Shown one piece after another: positions 19,389-28,566 of a stretch of 64,000 nucleotides of DNA. Position 1 is the stretch's first letter; every line of letters begins with the position of its first letter. Below the pieces are notes generated by a model, which was not told the origin of the DNA, did no database searches, and saw nothing but the letters and a program-made list of their open reading frames with translations. Source of the stretch: a virus (lineage: Duplodnaviria > Caudoviricetes); IMG/VR virus record IMGVR_UViG_3300025129_000005. One strand, 5' to 3'. The position numbers were made by a program, and so were the translations under genes.

Positions 19389-20222
19389 TTATTGAATATA
19401 AGCTTCCATTTTATCTTTAAAACTTGGATCATTCCATAGACTCAATTCAACTAAAATACAGTAACCATCAGTCCATACCTCTTTTCTGCGGGGAATGGCA
19501 TTACCGACCTTTTTTAATTGAAAATTTTTATCAGGTTCCATGACTGTTTTATAAAATCCAAAAAGGTCTTTGCTATCGAACCACATATCAATCAAATTAT
19601 CCGTCGGACTGTAACTTGATAAAATTTTTGACAAATCTTTTCTTATGTCACGGTCAGTATTCATTCGCCCTATTATATCATTTATCGTTGAAAGCTTTGA
19701 CCAAGATCCGTCATAGGGTCTGGCTATAGTAGGATAATTATAACTCTTTTCTTCTATATAACCCATATATGACCAAATAGTATCATCAACAAACGCATTT
19801 ATTTGACCTAAATCTTCGCCGGTACTTTTATAACTTACAGAAAATATATCATCGTAATTAACAACACCCACTGTAGACCCATCTTCTGGAAGAACAACAT
19901 AAAGTCTGTTCCCATAAGACATAGCTTTACCCATATCAGTAGAACATATAACACTTTCACTTCTTTTGGGATATCCCGAGAAAGTACCTCCATTGTCCAT
20001 GAAAAGGGTATAATAATTAAAGGTGTTTCTGGATTCTCTTTTTCTGTTCTGCTTAGGATCAATCTCCATAACAGTACCTTTACCAAGTACACCACGAAAG
20101 ATAAGATTATTTTTAAGTGATCTATTATAAGCCTTCATGCATCTTTTGGATATAATCTCAAGACCCTTATCAAGGTTAATACTTTTGCTCCTGCCTTCAT
20201 TTAAGTAATGTTCTAATTTCAT
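19389..20222 (-). CDS. ADP-ribosyltransferase-like paralog D
   Basis: Leader MKLEHYLNE; IFRG, YPKRSESVICST, SYG and KEVWT. Confidence 0.5.
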   Translation of the reverse strand: MKLEHYLNEGRSKSINLDKGLEIISKRCMKAYNRSLKNNLIFRGVLGKGTVMEIDPKQNRKRESRNTFNYYTLFMDNGGTFSGYPKRSESVICSTDMGKAMSYGNRLYVVLPEDGSTVGVVNYDDIFSVSYKSTGEDLGQINAFVDDTIWSYMGYIEEKSYNYPTIARPYDGSWSKLSTINDIIGRMNTDRDIRKDLSKILSSYSPTDNLIDMWFDSKDLFGFYKTVMEPDKNFQLKKVGNAIPRRKEVWTDGYCILVELSLWNDPSFKDKMEAYIQ

Positions 20223-20592
20223 AATGATTTCTTAAGCCTTTGTAAGAATTTCGTATCAAATGCATTATTTTCGAATGATACGATATAATATTCATAACAT
20301 TTGAACATGGCCTCATGGGATGACTCTGCTTTCCACCCATGATATTTAAAAAACAACTCATCCATGAGATCATGTAAATGTTTCGGAGTGTCTTTAGGAA
20401 CCATTTTTCGTCTCGACCTGACTTTTAGGATATAATCACTCATCTCTTTTTGTGTGCCACGATATACGGGGTTATATGGTTGTACTCCAAACTCTTTAAT
20501 GAATGGTTGACAATCCCTTTTGAGGACATCAATGATATCATCCATTTCCAGTTCGCGCTTTGTTGGTTCTTCTTCATTTTATACAGTTTCAT
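20219..20592 (-). pseudogene. Decayed ART-like paralog E
   Basis: ATG at 20592 overlaps the upstream stop (TAATG) but a 1-nt deficit shifts the leader (MKLY/NEEE); the body keeps KRDC, YRG, GWKA and E..FKC..YY but lacks about 100 central residues. Confidence 0.65.
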
Positions 20593-21278
20593 TACGACCT
20601 CGATATATAAAGAGTGCCATCTTTTATTTTTCCGGTTAAAAAATATTCCTTAATATATTTATGATAATCCACGTCGATCAAATAATATCCGCTACACTTC
20701 CATACGACTTCTATGACATAGTGGTGACCGTTGACGTTCTGATATTTTTTCAGCCCTTTATCTGTATATTTTGGTAAAAATTCCTCAATATACGATTTGC
20801 CTTTATTATACGCAAATTTATCAGACGTGTCGCCTTCTTTGTATTTTTTTATCCATTCATATGTGATAGAAAAATCAGCTATATCAATCACATCTTTGTT
20901 GTAGAGATAACTGTATGCTCCGACTGGAAAGAATAGAAACGATTTATTCCCATATTTAAGCGAATTACGATAGTCTGTTGATGTGTATACCCCCTCTGAA
21001 CGCCATTTCCACCCCCATTTTTTCTTACTCCATTCATCGAGAAAATAATGCATCAACAACTCGGAATCCTTCGGTCTTCTGTCCTGTCTTGCTGTACGAT
21101 ACATAACTGCATGTGTATTAATATTTGTCCCCCGGAAAAAACGGCTACCGGATACATTAAATTCCTTTAACCACGGAGCGCAGTCTTTCTTGATCATTTC
21201 ACAAACATCAATTAGGTCTGATACATTTTTAATATCTCTACTCTGATACCCCTCGGTCAAATAATGTTCAAGTCTCAT
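20592..21278 (-). CDS. ADP-ribosyltransferase-like paralog F
   Basis: Start reassigned to MRLEHYLTE (21278); FFRG, RSEGVYTST, YG and IEVVWKC..YY. Confidence 0.5.
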   Translation of the reverse strand: MRLEHYLTEGYQSRDIKNVSDLIDVCEMIKKDCAPWLKEFNVSGSRFFRGTNINTHAVMYRTARQDRRPKDSELLMHYFLDEWSKKKWGWKWRSEGVYTSTDYRNSLKYGNKSFLFFPVGAYSYLYNKDVIDIADFSITYEWIKKYKEGDTSDKFAYNKGKSYIEEFLPKYTDKGLKKYQNVNGHHYVIEVVWKCSGYYLIDVDYHKYIKEYFLTGKIKDGTLYISRS

Positions 21279-21921
21279 GATAAAATTTCTCCTCCAACCG
21301 TTTAAAGCCAAAATCAATCAATTTCTTAAAAAAATACGCGAACATAGGTAATAATACTATATTTATAAAAGGGTTTTTGGCATCAATTTTGAACAATGTC
21401 ATAACATCTTCGATTTCTTTGGCAATATGCCCCTTCTCTGACAGATATGCTTGTTTTTCCTTTTCTAATTCATCAATGCGATTTTGTAACTTATCGACAA
21501 TAGGTTCTACAGGAACCGGTGTGACTGATGAAGGTTCAGGACATCCATCCTCACGAACAACCATATTAAGTGGAGTATTTGGGCATTTATCATAGGTATC
21601 CGGGACATTATCACTATCACTATCACTATCTATGGGATATGGTGATGCGGCAATTGGTGGCGAAGCCGGTAATCGTGACGGTTCAACTATCATAGCTAAT
21701 GATTCATCACGATACGCACGTTGTACTTGTCTCAACTCCATTTGCTTGGTCTCGATATCTTCAACTGCGGTATCAATTAAATTGTTATTCAGCTTGATCT
21801 GTGCATAAGTAGCTTGCTCTACTTGGACATAATTGATATAGTTGGTGTATCCCCATATACCTAAAATAATGAATCCAACTATTAAGTAAATAAAAAATCT
21901 CGTCCACCTGAATTTTTCCAT
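21268..21921 (-). CDS. Membrane protein with thrombospondin type-3-like Ca-binding repeat
   Basis: Start MEKFRW after AGGAG; N- and C-terminal TM helices, coiled coils, DSDSDNVPDTYDKCPNTP...DGCP. Confidence 0.6.
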   Translation of the reverse strand: MEKFRWTRFFIYLIVGFIILGIWGYTNYINYVQVEQATYAQIKLNNNLIDTAVEDIETKQMELRQVQRAYRDESLAMIVEPSRLPASPPIAASPYPIDSDSDSDNVPDTYDKCPNTPLNMVVREDGCPEPSSVTPVPVEPIVDKLQNRIDELEKEKQAYLSEKGHIAKEIEDVMTLFKIDAKNPFINIVLLPMFAYFFKKLIDFGFKRLEEKFYHET

Positions 21922-22104
21922 AAAAAATCTCCTGAGAGTTATGTAAATATTTATGAAAACTTGATATACGATAGTGACTGTGATATGATAATTAAATGAG
22001 GGAATATTCGGAACAATATAAACCCAATGAATTGAATGTTGACTGTCACCCGGATGATTAAACCTTATTAGAATGATCATATTTTTAGAAGATTTATTTG
22101 AGAT

Positions 22105-22488
22105 ATGAAGCGGAAGAAATTGACATACGAACCAAGGGAACCACAATCACGTGCTTCCCTTTTAGCATTGAGATTTCAGTATCTTAGTGACCCAATGGTT
22201 GACAGTCGTGAGCCATGTGAAGTATGGCTTGACTTTCGTATGTCACTTCTGTCTCAATGGGAAAAAGAACGCGGTACACTCACCTGTCATTACTGTGGAC
22301 GTGACAATCTACAGAAGGTTACGGAGGGTGTTGAACCTCGCAACCAAGCAACTCTTGACCATGTTATGCCACGTGCAAGGGGGGGCGCGGAATTTGATGA
22401 ATCGAATCTTGTAGTTGCGTGTAGACCATGCAACGAACGCAAAGCAGATAACCCGCCCACGAAAATAATTCTTGCTGAAAATCCTTGA
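22105..22488 (+). CDS. HNH endonuclease
   Basis: CHYC...TLDHVMPRARGG...NLVVACRPCNERK. Confidence 0.9.
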   Translation: MKRKKLTYEPREPQSRASLLALRFQYLSDPMVDSREPCEVWLDFRMSLLSQWEKERGTLTCHYCGRDNLQKVTEGVEPRNQATLDHVMPRARGGAEFDESNLVVACRPCNERKADNPPTKIILAENP

Positions 22489-22553
22489 CTATAAACGGGA
22501 TCGATGTTAATCTGTAGTTGTGATTGACGTTAACCCTTCTTTGTGAGGACACT

Positions 22554-22748
22554 ATGAACCAAATCGAAATGAACATCATCACAAAAATCAAAAACACCAA
22601 TAATAACAAACTTTTGGTATGTCGTTTTGAAAAAGAGGAAATCCCCGTTCTTGACCAGATGCGTAACAAGGGTATTATTGCCCCTGCACGATTCTGTGGT
22701 GAACCTGCCGCAGCACTCTCTCAACGTTACCTGAAAGGACTTGTGTAA
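22554..22748 (+). CDS. Hypothetical protein
   Basis: GAGG RBS; start reassigned to ATG 22554. Confidence 0.55.
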   Translation: MNQIEMNIITKIKNTNNNKLLVCRFEKEEIPVLDQMRNKGIIAPARFCGEPAAALSQRYLKGLV

Positions 22749-23033
22749 TGAAAATCAATAAACGTTTCCAAGACTATGTTGACCACCATAACCTTTGGTA
22801 TGAGGTTATTGGTAAACCTGAAAAATAGTATCAAATTTCCCCTGTCACAAGAAGACGTTAACGTGCTGGGTAATAAACTTTCCAATGAACTTTCCCCTGA
22901 GAATCTGCACTGTGATGGTGAAATTTCACGCAATCAAGCACAACGTAAATACAACAAACTGATGAACGTGGTCAAAGACCTGAATGTATACGCAAAGAAG
23001 AATGGTTTGTGTGAACCCAACATTTATTGTTAA
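22748..23033 (+). pseudogene. Frameshifted hypothetical gene (LSPENLHCDGE motif)
   Basis: TAATG-coupled ATG at 22748 stops early; removing one A from the A5 run (22821-22825) joins it to ORF 22776-23033. Confidence 0.5.
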
Positions 23034-23044
23034 GGAGATAGATT

Positions 23045-23194
23045 ATGGATACTTTTACCGCAACAATGATTGCAGAAGGCGTTGAGCCAGTTGATACCGA
23101 AGAAGGATATTTTAGTGCATGGCAACTCCAAGGTTGGTTTGGTCATACAGCATCCCAATTAATCGAACTTGGTCATTGTACCTACAACAAATAA
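23045..23194 (+). CDS. Small hypothetical protein (49 aa, not in ORF track)
   Basis: AAGGAG RBS; MDTFTATMIAEG...AWQLQGWFGHTA. Confidence 0.55.
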   Translation: MDTFTATMIAEGVEPVDTEEGYFSAWQLQGWFGHTASQLIELGHCTYNK

Positions 23195-23197
23195 CTC

Positions 23198-23226
23198 TTG
23201 ACTGTAAACGGGGTTAGTGGTACTAT
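23198..23226 (+). promoter_or_regulatory. sigma70-like early promoter
   Basis: TTGACT-N17-TACTAT. Confidence 0.65.
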
Positions 23227-23270
23227 CTTTATGTAGTCACCGTTAACCCCCTTCTGCATTGGAGTTTCCC

Positions 23271-23726
23271 TTGAAAAAATTCAGAGCTAAAACTGATATT
23301 TTCCTTTCCATGTGTGCTGATTCTAAATCTCTCGGTGAAGATAATGACTGTACTGTGAAAGCTATCGCAATCACCACTGGTATTCCTTATAAAAAGGTAC
23401 ATGAAACGTTGAAAAAAGGGGGTCGTGGTGATGGTAAATGCGCTACCCTGAGTCAAATGCAAAATGCTTGTCTTGACCTTGGTTTCAAGATGAAAAATAT
23501 CCCTCTCGAGACTATCAAGGAAAAGTATCCTGCTGCGGGTCGCAAACTCAAGAGTATCACCACGAATCACCCCGAACTATTCAATAAGGCATGGAAAGAT
23601 GGTAAGAATTATATCCTTCATTGTCGGGGTCATGTTGCCGCAGTCATCGATGGTGTGAACCACGATTGGACTTTTGGGCGGAAATATCGCGTTAATAATA
23701 TTTACGAGGTTGTCCCTGCAAAATAA
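23271..23726 (+). CDS. Hypothetical protein, possible papain-like (C39-related) fold
   Basis: GGAG then TTG start; NDCTVKAIA ... GHVAAVIDG suggests a Cys-His-Asp set. Confidence 0.45.
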   Translation: MKKFRAKTDIFLSMCADSKSLGEDNDCTVKAIAITTGIPYKKVHETLKKGGRGDGKCATLSQMQNACLDLGFKMKNIPLETIKEKYPAAGRKLKSITTNHPELFNKAWKDGKNYILHCRGHVAAVIDGVNHDWTFGRKYRVNNIYEVVPAK

Positions 23727-23729
23727 CAG

Positions 23730-23757
23730 TTGACACTATCCGTGGATATGATAGTAT
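23730..23757 (+). promoter_or_regulatory. sigma70-like early promoter
   Basis: TTGACA-N16-TAGTAT. Confidence 0.55.
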
Positions 23758-23806
23758 ATAGATGTGGTCGCGGAGTGATCACCACTTTTTGAAAGGATAT
23801 AAAATC

Positions 23807-24145
23807 ATGGCTTATATGAGTCAGGAACTAAAAGCTAAAATGGCACCCGGTATCAAAGCGGTACTTAAAAAAATATGGTGTTAAAGGTAGCATTTCTGTT
23901 AGAAACCATTCGACTTTGGTCGTTACCCTGTATAAAGGTCGCCTTGATCTCAAAGAGTCCCCGAATATTTTTTGGATTGATCGTCACTATGAAGGCAAGA
24001 TTAAAGAATTTTTGAAGAATTGCGTCAAGCCATGAGCATTGGATACTATGATAACAGTGACCCAATGATTGACTATCATGATGTCGCATACTATCGTAAA
24101 ATCCAAGTCGGGACATACATTAAACCCTATGTATTAGAAAAATAG
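23807..24145 (+). pseudogene. Hypothetical gene with two compensating frameshifts
   Basis: MAYMSQELKAKMAPGIKAVLKK, then extra A (A7 at 23867-23873), YGVKGSISVRNHSTLVV..., second shift near 24015 into ELRQAM...YYDNSDPMIDYHDVAYY. Confidence 0.6.
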
Positions 24146-24174
24146 AGATGATCGTTTGGAGAGAAAAAAAAATA

Positions 24175-25278
24175 ATGAAACCTTATAAGATATTCGCAGA
24201 ATTAATAGAACAAGATGCATTGGATCAATTCCATCAAGCAATGGAACAAAAGTTTGTCGTTAAAGGTGCATTGATGCCTGATGCCCATAAAGGATACTCT
24301 TTGCCTATAGGAGCCGTTGTCGCCACAAAAAACGTCATTGTTCCTTCTTGGGTTGGATATGATATCGGTTGCGGTATGTGCGCAATCCCTACTTCATTCA
24401 CCCTTTCCGATATATATCAAAACGCTCAAGCGATATGGGCTAGAATTCAAGAAGCTATACCTGTTGGATTTAATCATCATGATACACACCAGACATGGGA
24501 TCGATATAGCACTATCGAAAAAACTGAAACCGCTATCAATATTTTTAATTACAAAAACGGTATTGGTTGGAGACAACTCGGAACCCTTGGCGGCGGCAAC
24601 CATTTCATTGAAATCGGTTCAGACGAAAATGGAGTCATATGGATCATTGTTCACTCAGGATCTCGTGGTATCGGTCATGCCATAGCTACCCATTACATGA
24701 AAATTGCAGGTGGAGGTAAAGCCCGTGAAGGATCCTATGGATTGGATGTTAATTCTCCAAACGGAAAAGACTACATCATTGATTTAAATTTTGCTCTTGA
24801 ATTCGCATTAGAAAACCGATTTAAAATTATAAATCAAGTCAGCAATGTTATAGAGGAATACTGTAAAGGGAGTTTGGACTGGTCTTGTTTTATAAACAGA
24901 AACCATAACCACGCAGAAGAAAAAGACGGTCTGTGGATTCATAGAAAAGGCGCAACCCATGCAGAAGCAGGCATGGAAGGAGTCATTCCCGGTAACATGA
25001 GAGACGGATCATTCATTGTTGTCGGAAAAGGTAACCCTGAATCACTATACTCCAGTTCCCATGGTGCCGGTCGAGTTTTAGGTCGAAACGTCGCAAAGAA
25101 GATATTAGATATAAATGACTTCACAGAAACTATGAAAGGTATTGTAGCAAACGTAGATGATAGTACATTAGATGAATCCCCTTTTGCTTATAAAAATATT
25201 TTTGATGTCATGAAACAACAAGAGGAATTAGTCTCAGTTAAATATTACGTCAAACCAATAATTAATGTTAAAGGATGA
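24175..25278 (+). CDS. rtcB: RtcB RNA-splicing/repair ligase
   Basis: MPDAHKG, VGYDIGCG, LGTLGGGNHF, HSGSRG, HNH, HRKGAT, HGAGR, LDESP..YK; GGAG RBS before 24175. Confidence 0.95.
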   Translation: MKPYKIFAELIEQDALDQFHQAMEQKFVVKGALMPDAHKGYSLPIGAVVATKNVIVPSWVGYDIGCGMCAIPTSFTLSDIYQNAQAIWARIQEAIPVGFNHHDTHQTWDRYSTIEKTETAINIFNYKNGIGWRQLGTLGGGNHFIEIGSDENGVIWIIVHSGSRGIGHAIATHYMKIAGGGKAREGSYGLDVNSPNGKDYIIDLNFALEFALENRFKIINQVSNVIEEYCKGSLDWSCFINRNHNHAEEKDGLWIHRKGATHAEAGMEGVIPGNMRDGSFIVVGKGNPESLYSSSHGAGRVLGRNVAKKILDINDFTETMKGIVANVDDSTLDESPFAYKNIFDVMKQQEELVSVKYYVKPIINVKG

Positions 25279-25324
25279 ATTGAAACCATTAAAAAGATTA
25301 AAGCCAAGAGGTAGGTAGGAAGAT

Positions 25325-25562
25325 ATGTATATAAAAATAATGCAACAATCACAAGACCAATACAAAGAGAAAATGTATCAATGCACCAATTACACCTATG
25401 TCGAGAATGATGTAACAACAAAGTTTTTCCATTATTCACGATGAAGACAATGTTACCACTATCACATTTGACAACATACCAACAACCAAGATATGGATAA
25501 TGAATGATAACGGAGTCACGATAGACAGTTACAAGTACAATGAACACGGAAAGTTAAAATAA
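25325..25562 (+). pseudogene. Frameshifted small hypothetical gene
   Basis: MYIKIM...TTKF, extra T in T5 run (25424-25428), then SIIHDED...IWIMNDNGVTIDSY. Confidence 0.45.
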
Positions 25563-25594
25563 AATAAACCAAACAAAAATCTATTTACCTGCCG

Positions 25595-25634
25595 ACCCTT
25601 TTCTGATAATAATACCAGAAAAGGGTTTATTTTT
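25595..25634 (+). terminator. Intrinsic terminator of the rtcB operon
   Basis: ACCCTTTTCTG-N10-CAGAAAAGGGT followed by a T-rich tract. Confidence 0.8.
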
Positions 25635-27205
25635 TACCAGAGGAACTATTCTCTTCAAATCTTATCTTGGATCATGGAATAACTGATGATGAAAACAGAA
25701 TGATAGTCATTGAACCAAGTCTTTAACACTTTTCACCACCATTTAACACTAATATCCTCTAATAAATGGATAACAATAACCCCTTGAAATATAAGGGGGT
25801 TTTTAATGCCCTGATATAGTCAATAGAAGGTATACCATACAGGAGTATAATTAGGTATAATAAAAGATGATTCAATACCATAATAGACCATGACCGTTCG
25901 GATCAGATGAATTTAGACCGCTTTTAAGTGTAGTCATTTAAAAATAAAAATAGAAGAAATTCTTATAAAATATAAGGAAAATAAAGGTGCGAAAAAAGGT
26001 AAAAATAGATAAAGAAACAAAAAACCCTTTGTTTATAAGGGAAAGAAGTGTGTACTAATTCCTTGGAAGTATAATCACCCTCTACATTTTGCGTTAAAAT
26101 AAATGTTCAGTAATTTTCTGGGGGTTGTCTGGTACAAAGTCCCACCTGACCGCATGTTTTAGGTCAATAGAGGAAAACGATTCATTAAAATAGGTTCACT
26201 CCCAGACCAAACTCCCGTTCTACAGCCTAAAACACTCGACATGAGGGGATTTTTAATGAAAAGTTATAAAGAGGTTTAATTTTTCATCTGAATACCACTA
26301 TATATAGTGGTGTGAATGAATCATGGCTCAACACATATGATTTTCCATATACACTGATTTTTACTGACCTGAATGACACTTTTGGCCTAGACAGAACACC
26401 CATTTTTATTAAAATGACCCACCACTATATATAGTGTTTGATTTTTTCAAAATTTATATAATAAAATGGGACTGACAACCCGTTTTCTTGTACCATATGT
26501 GATGTATTTCTTTATTAGGGCATAAACCATACCAAATTTTATCCACAACAGGAACTGTCTAGTTTACATAATACTAGTTATCGGTCATTAAGAAAATTAT
26601 AATAATTTTTTTCCTCTTGTAAATTAGCCACTTGAAAGTATGAAAAAATACTGGATAATCGACATTATATCGGTTTTCATATATGTTGATAACTATTGAT
26701 TTGATTACTTGATATGGTATGGGGTAGATGAATGATAAAATATACTCTATATGGTATAGCATAAACGCCATTTTCAGTATAACACAGAGTGTCTGTGTAG
26801 TCAAATAATAAATTTCAAAGGAAAAGGGTTATTTTTTTGTATTCTGGCACAAACAATGCTATGACACAATAACCTATACAAAAATGTGTCAATTCATTAA
26901 AAATATTCCATTAATATGAAACACTGTGACGCAAAATAACTCCTCTTATCCCCTGTAAAATTATATATGAATATATATATTATATATGAAAAACCAATCG
27001 GTCAACTCGTCAAGGGGTAGGGGAGGTAATTGCTATACTCTTTACTTATGTAATTTTTAAGTTTTTATATGTCCCAATCTACGTATATACAAAATCCCTT
27101 TTTGAAAAGTAAATCGCATCCTGAATGGTCATACCCTAAATTTTGTGTATAAAATTTTTTTTCCATGGGAACCTGTCAGAATTGTATATACATGTGTTTA
27201 TTTTA
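25635..27205. other. Long AT-rich non-coding block
   Basis: About 1.6 kb with no credible ORF; several palindromes. Confidence 0.6.
26294..26438. promoter_or_regulatory. Pair of NrdR-box-like palindromes
   Basis: ACCACTATATATAGTGGT (26294-26311, perfect) and ACCACTATATATAGTGTT (26421-26438). Confidence 0.4.
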
Positions 27206-27213
27206 TATAAATA
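27206..27213 (+). promoter_or_regulatory. T4-type late promoter TATAAATA
   Basis: Exact motif followed by AAGGAG RBS and ATG 27245. Confidence 0.6.
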
Positions 27214-27244
27214 GGTATAGATTGGAACAAAAGGAGATTTTATT

Positions 27245-27394
27245 ATGGGTGAGAACCGGGATAAAACTTATCCGATAAGGATGAATGAGGAAGAGTTAAA
27301 GATGACGAAGGAGTTAGCGAAGAGGGTTAAATTACCTGATATGGTACGGAGGTATATTAAGGAGTTGTATGATGAACATATATCGTCTGTATAG
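27245..27394 (+). CDS. Ribbon-helix-helix (CopG/Arc-like) DNA-binding protein, 49 aa (not in ORF track)
   Basis: KTYPIRMNEEELKMTKELAKRVKLPDMVRRYIKELYDE: beta strand plus two helices; strong RBS. Confidence 0.6.
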   Translation: MGENRDKTYPIRMNEEELKMTKELAKRVKLPDMVRRYIKELYDEHISSV

Positions 27395-27416
27395 AAGATC
27401 CCTCTTTTTGTTGATA

Positions 27417-27665
27417 TTAACCTTTTACTTCTTTTAAGATACAGTCGATACTGGAATACAGATCATCATTTGAGACACCAAGTGAATCCAAATATTCCAT
27501 CCAGTTGAGTACCTCGTGAAGTTGCTCGTACATTTCTGGTGCCACGGATTCTATTCTTTTTGTCTTGGCTTCTATGCCGCAGTTGCAAGGCAGGTGAGGA
27601 TATAGAGATCCTGTTTTGTTTTTGAGAATGTTACAAGTTGGTTTGTGTTCATTTATTATGTTCAT
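27417..27665 (-). CDS. Hypothetical protein
   Basis: ATGA-type coupling to the methyltransferase; CNIL...PCNCG. Confidence 0.55.
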   Translation of the reverse strand: MNIINEHKPTCNILKNKTGSLYPHLPCNCGIEAKTKRIESVAPEMYEQLHEVLNWMEYLDSLGVSNDDLYSSIDCILKEVKG

Positions 27666-28393
27666 TTATTTTGAATTCTTTCTTTGGCTGTATTGAAATA
27701 GGTTTCGTCAAGTTCAATTCCTATGAATTTACGATTAAGGTGTTTACAAGCAAGACCTGTTGTTCCACTCCCCATTGTTGAGTCTAAAACGGTTTGTTGT
27801 TCTAGTGTGTATGTTTTTATGAGGTATTTCATAAGCTCAAGAGGTTTTTGTGTTGGGTGAAAACCTTTACGATCTTGTTTGAACTTTTTGATGGATTTTG
27901 GGTATCTGATTCCGTTGTTTTCTTTATGTTGAGATTTACCAGATCCGTAAACTTCACCAATGGTTGCATCATCTTGAGCCATGAATGATTTGTAAGGGTC
28001 GCCTTTTTCCATTTGGGGAAAATACCGTCCTCTTTTTTTAGAAAATACTAATATTTGTTCATGGTTTTTCATGGGTTGGTGTTTTGCTAATAGAGGATTC
28101 ATACCTTGGGGGTTTTCCCATATCCATTCATATTTGAACCATTCAGGATTTGACATGACAAGGTGAGAAGAAAATGGTTGTGTGGCGGTTAGTACAATAT
28201 TACCATCATCCATAATGATACGTTTATATTGAGTCCACATGTGTTCTATATCAATGACTGAATCCCATTTACAGGCTGTAACTCCATAGGGTAGGTCTGT
28301 TAAGATCAGATCAATAGATTTATCTGGTATGTTTTTCATGACGTCCAGACAGTCTCCATGTATAAGTGTGACAGGGTTTTGTATCAGGTTCAA
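27662..28393 (-). CDS. DNA methyltransferase, N6A/N4C beta class
   Basis: IHGDCL, TDLPYG (motif IV), HPTQKP, VLDSTMGSGTT (motif I). Confidence 0.92.
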   Translation of the reverse strand: MNLIQNPVTLIHGDCLDVMKNIPDKSIDLILTDLPYGVTACKWDSVIDIEHMWTQYKRIIMDDGNIVLTATQPFSSHLVMSNPEWFKYEWIWENPQGMNPLLAKHQPMKNHEQILVFSKKRGRYFPQMEKGDPYKSFMAQDDATIGEVYGSGKSQHKENNGIRYPKSIKKFKQDRKGFHPTQKPLELMKYLIKTYTLEQQTVLDSTMGSGTTGLACKHLNRKFIGIELDETYFNTAKERIQNK

Positions 28394-28430
28394 TATAAAA
28401 AGATCTCCTGTTTATAGTCCAATATTAATT

Positions 28431-28459
28431 AGTATATGGTATATAGAATTCTATGTCAA
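28431..28459 (-). promoter_or_regulatory. sigma70-like early promoter for the methyltransferase
   Basis: TTGACA-N17-TATACT on minus strand. Confidence 0.7.
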
Positions 28460-28519
28460 CATCGTTTCATCGTTGTTAAATCTAAAAAAATGATGTTTTG
28501 TCGGGGGATGAATAAATAA

Positions 28520-28527
28520 TATAAATA
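28520..28527 (+). promoter_or_regulatory. T4-type late promoter TATAAATA
   Basis: Exact motif 40 nt upstream of ORF 28567, with GGAGG RBS. Confidence 0.65.
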
Positions 28528-28566
28528 CTTGTACCTGATAGAATCATTACGGAGGATTTTAATATA

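Noticed and set aside
22105-22488. HNH gene as part of an intron or mobile element
   Set aside because: Free-standing between genes, with no interrupted host gene or intron structure seen.
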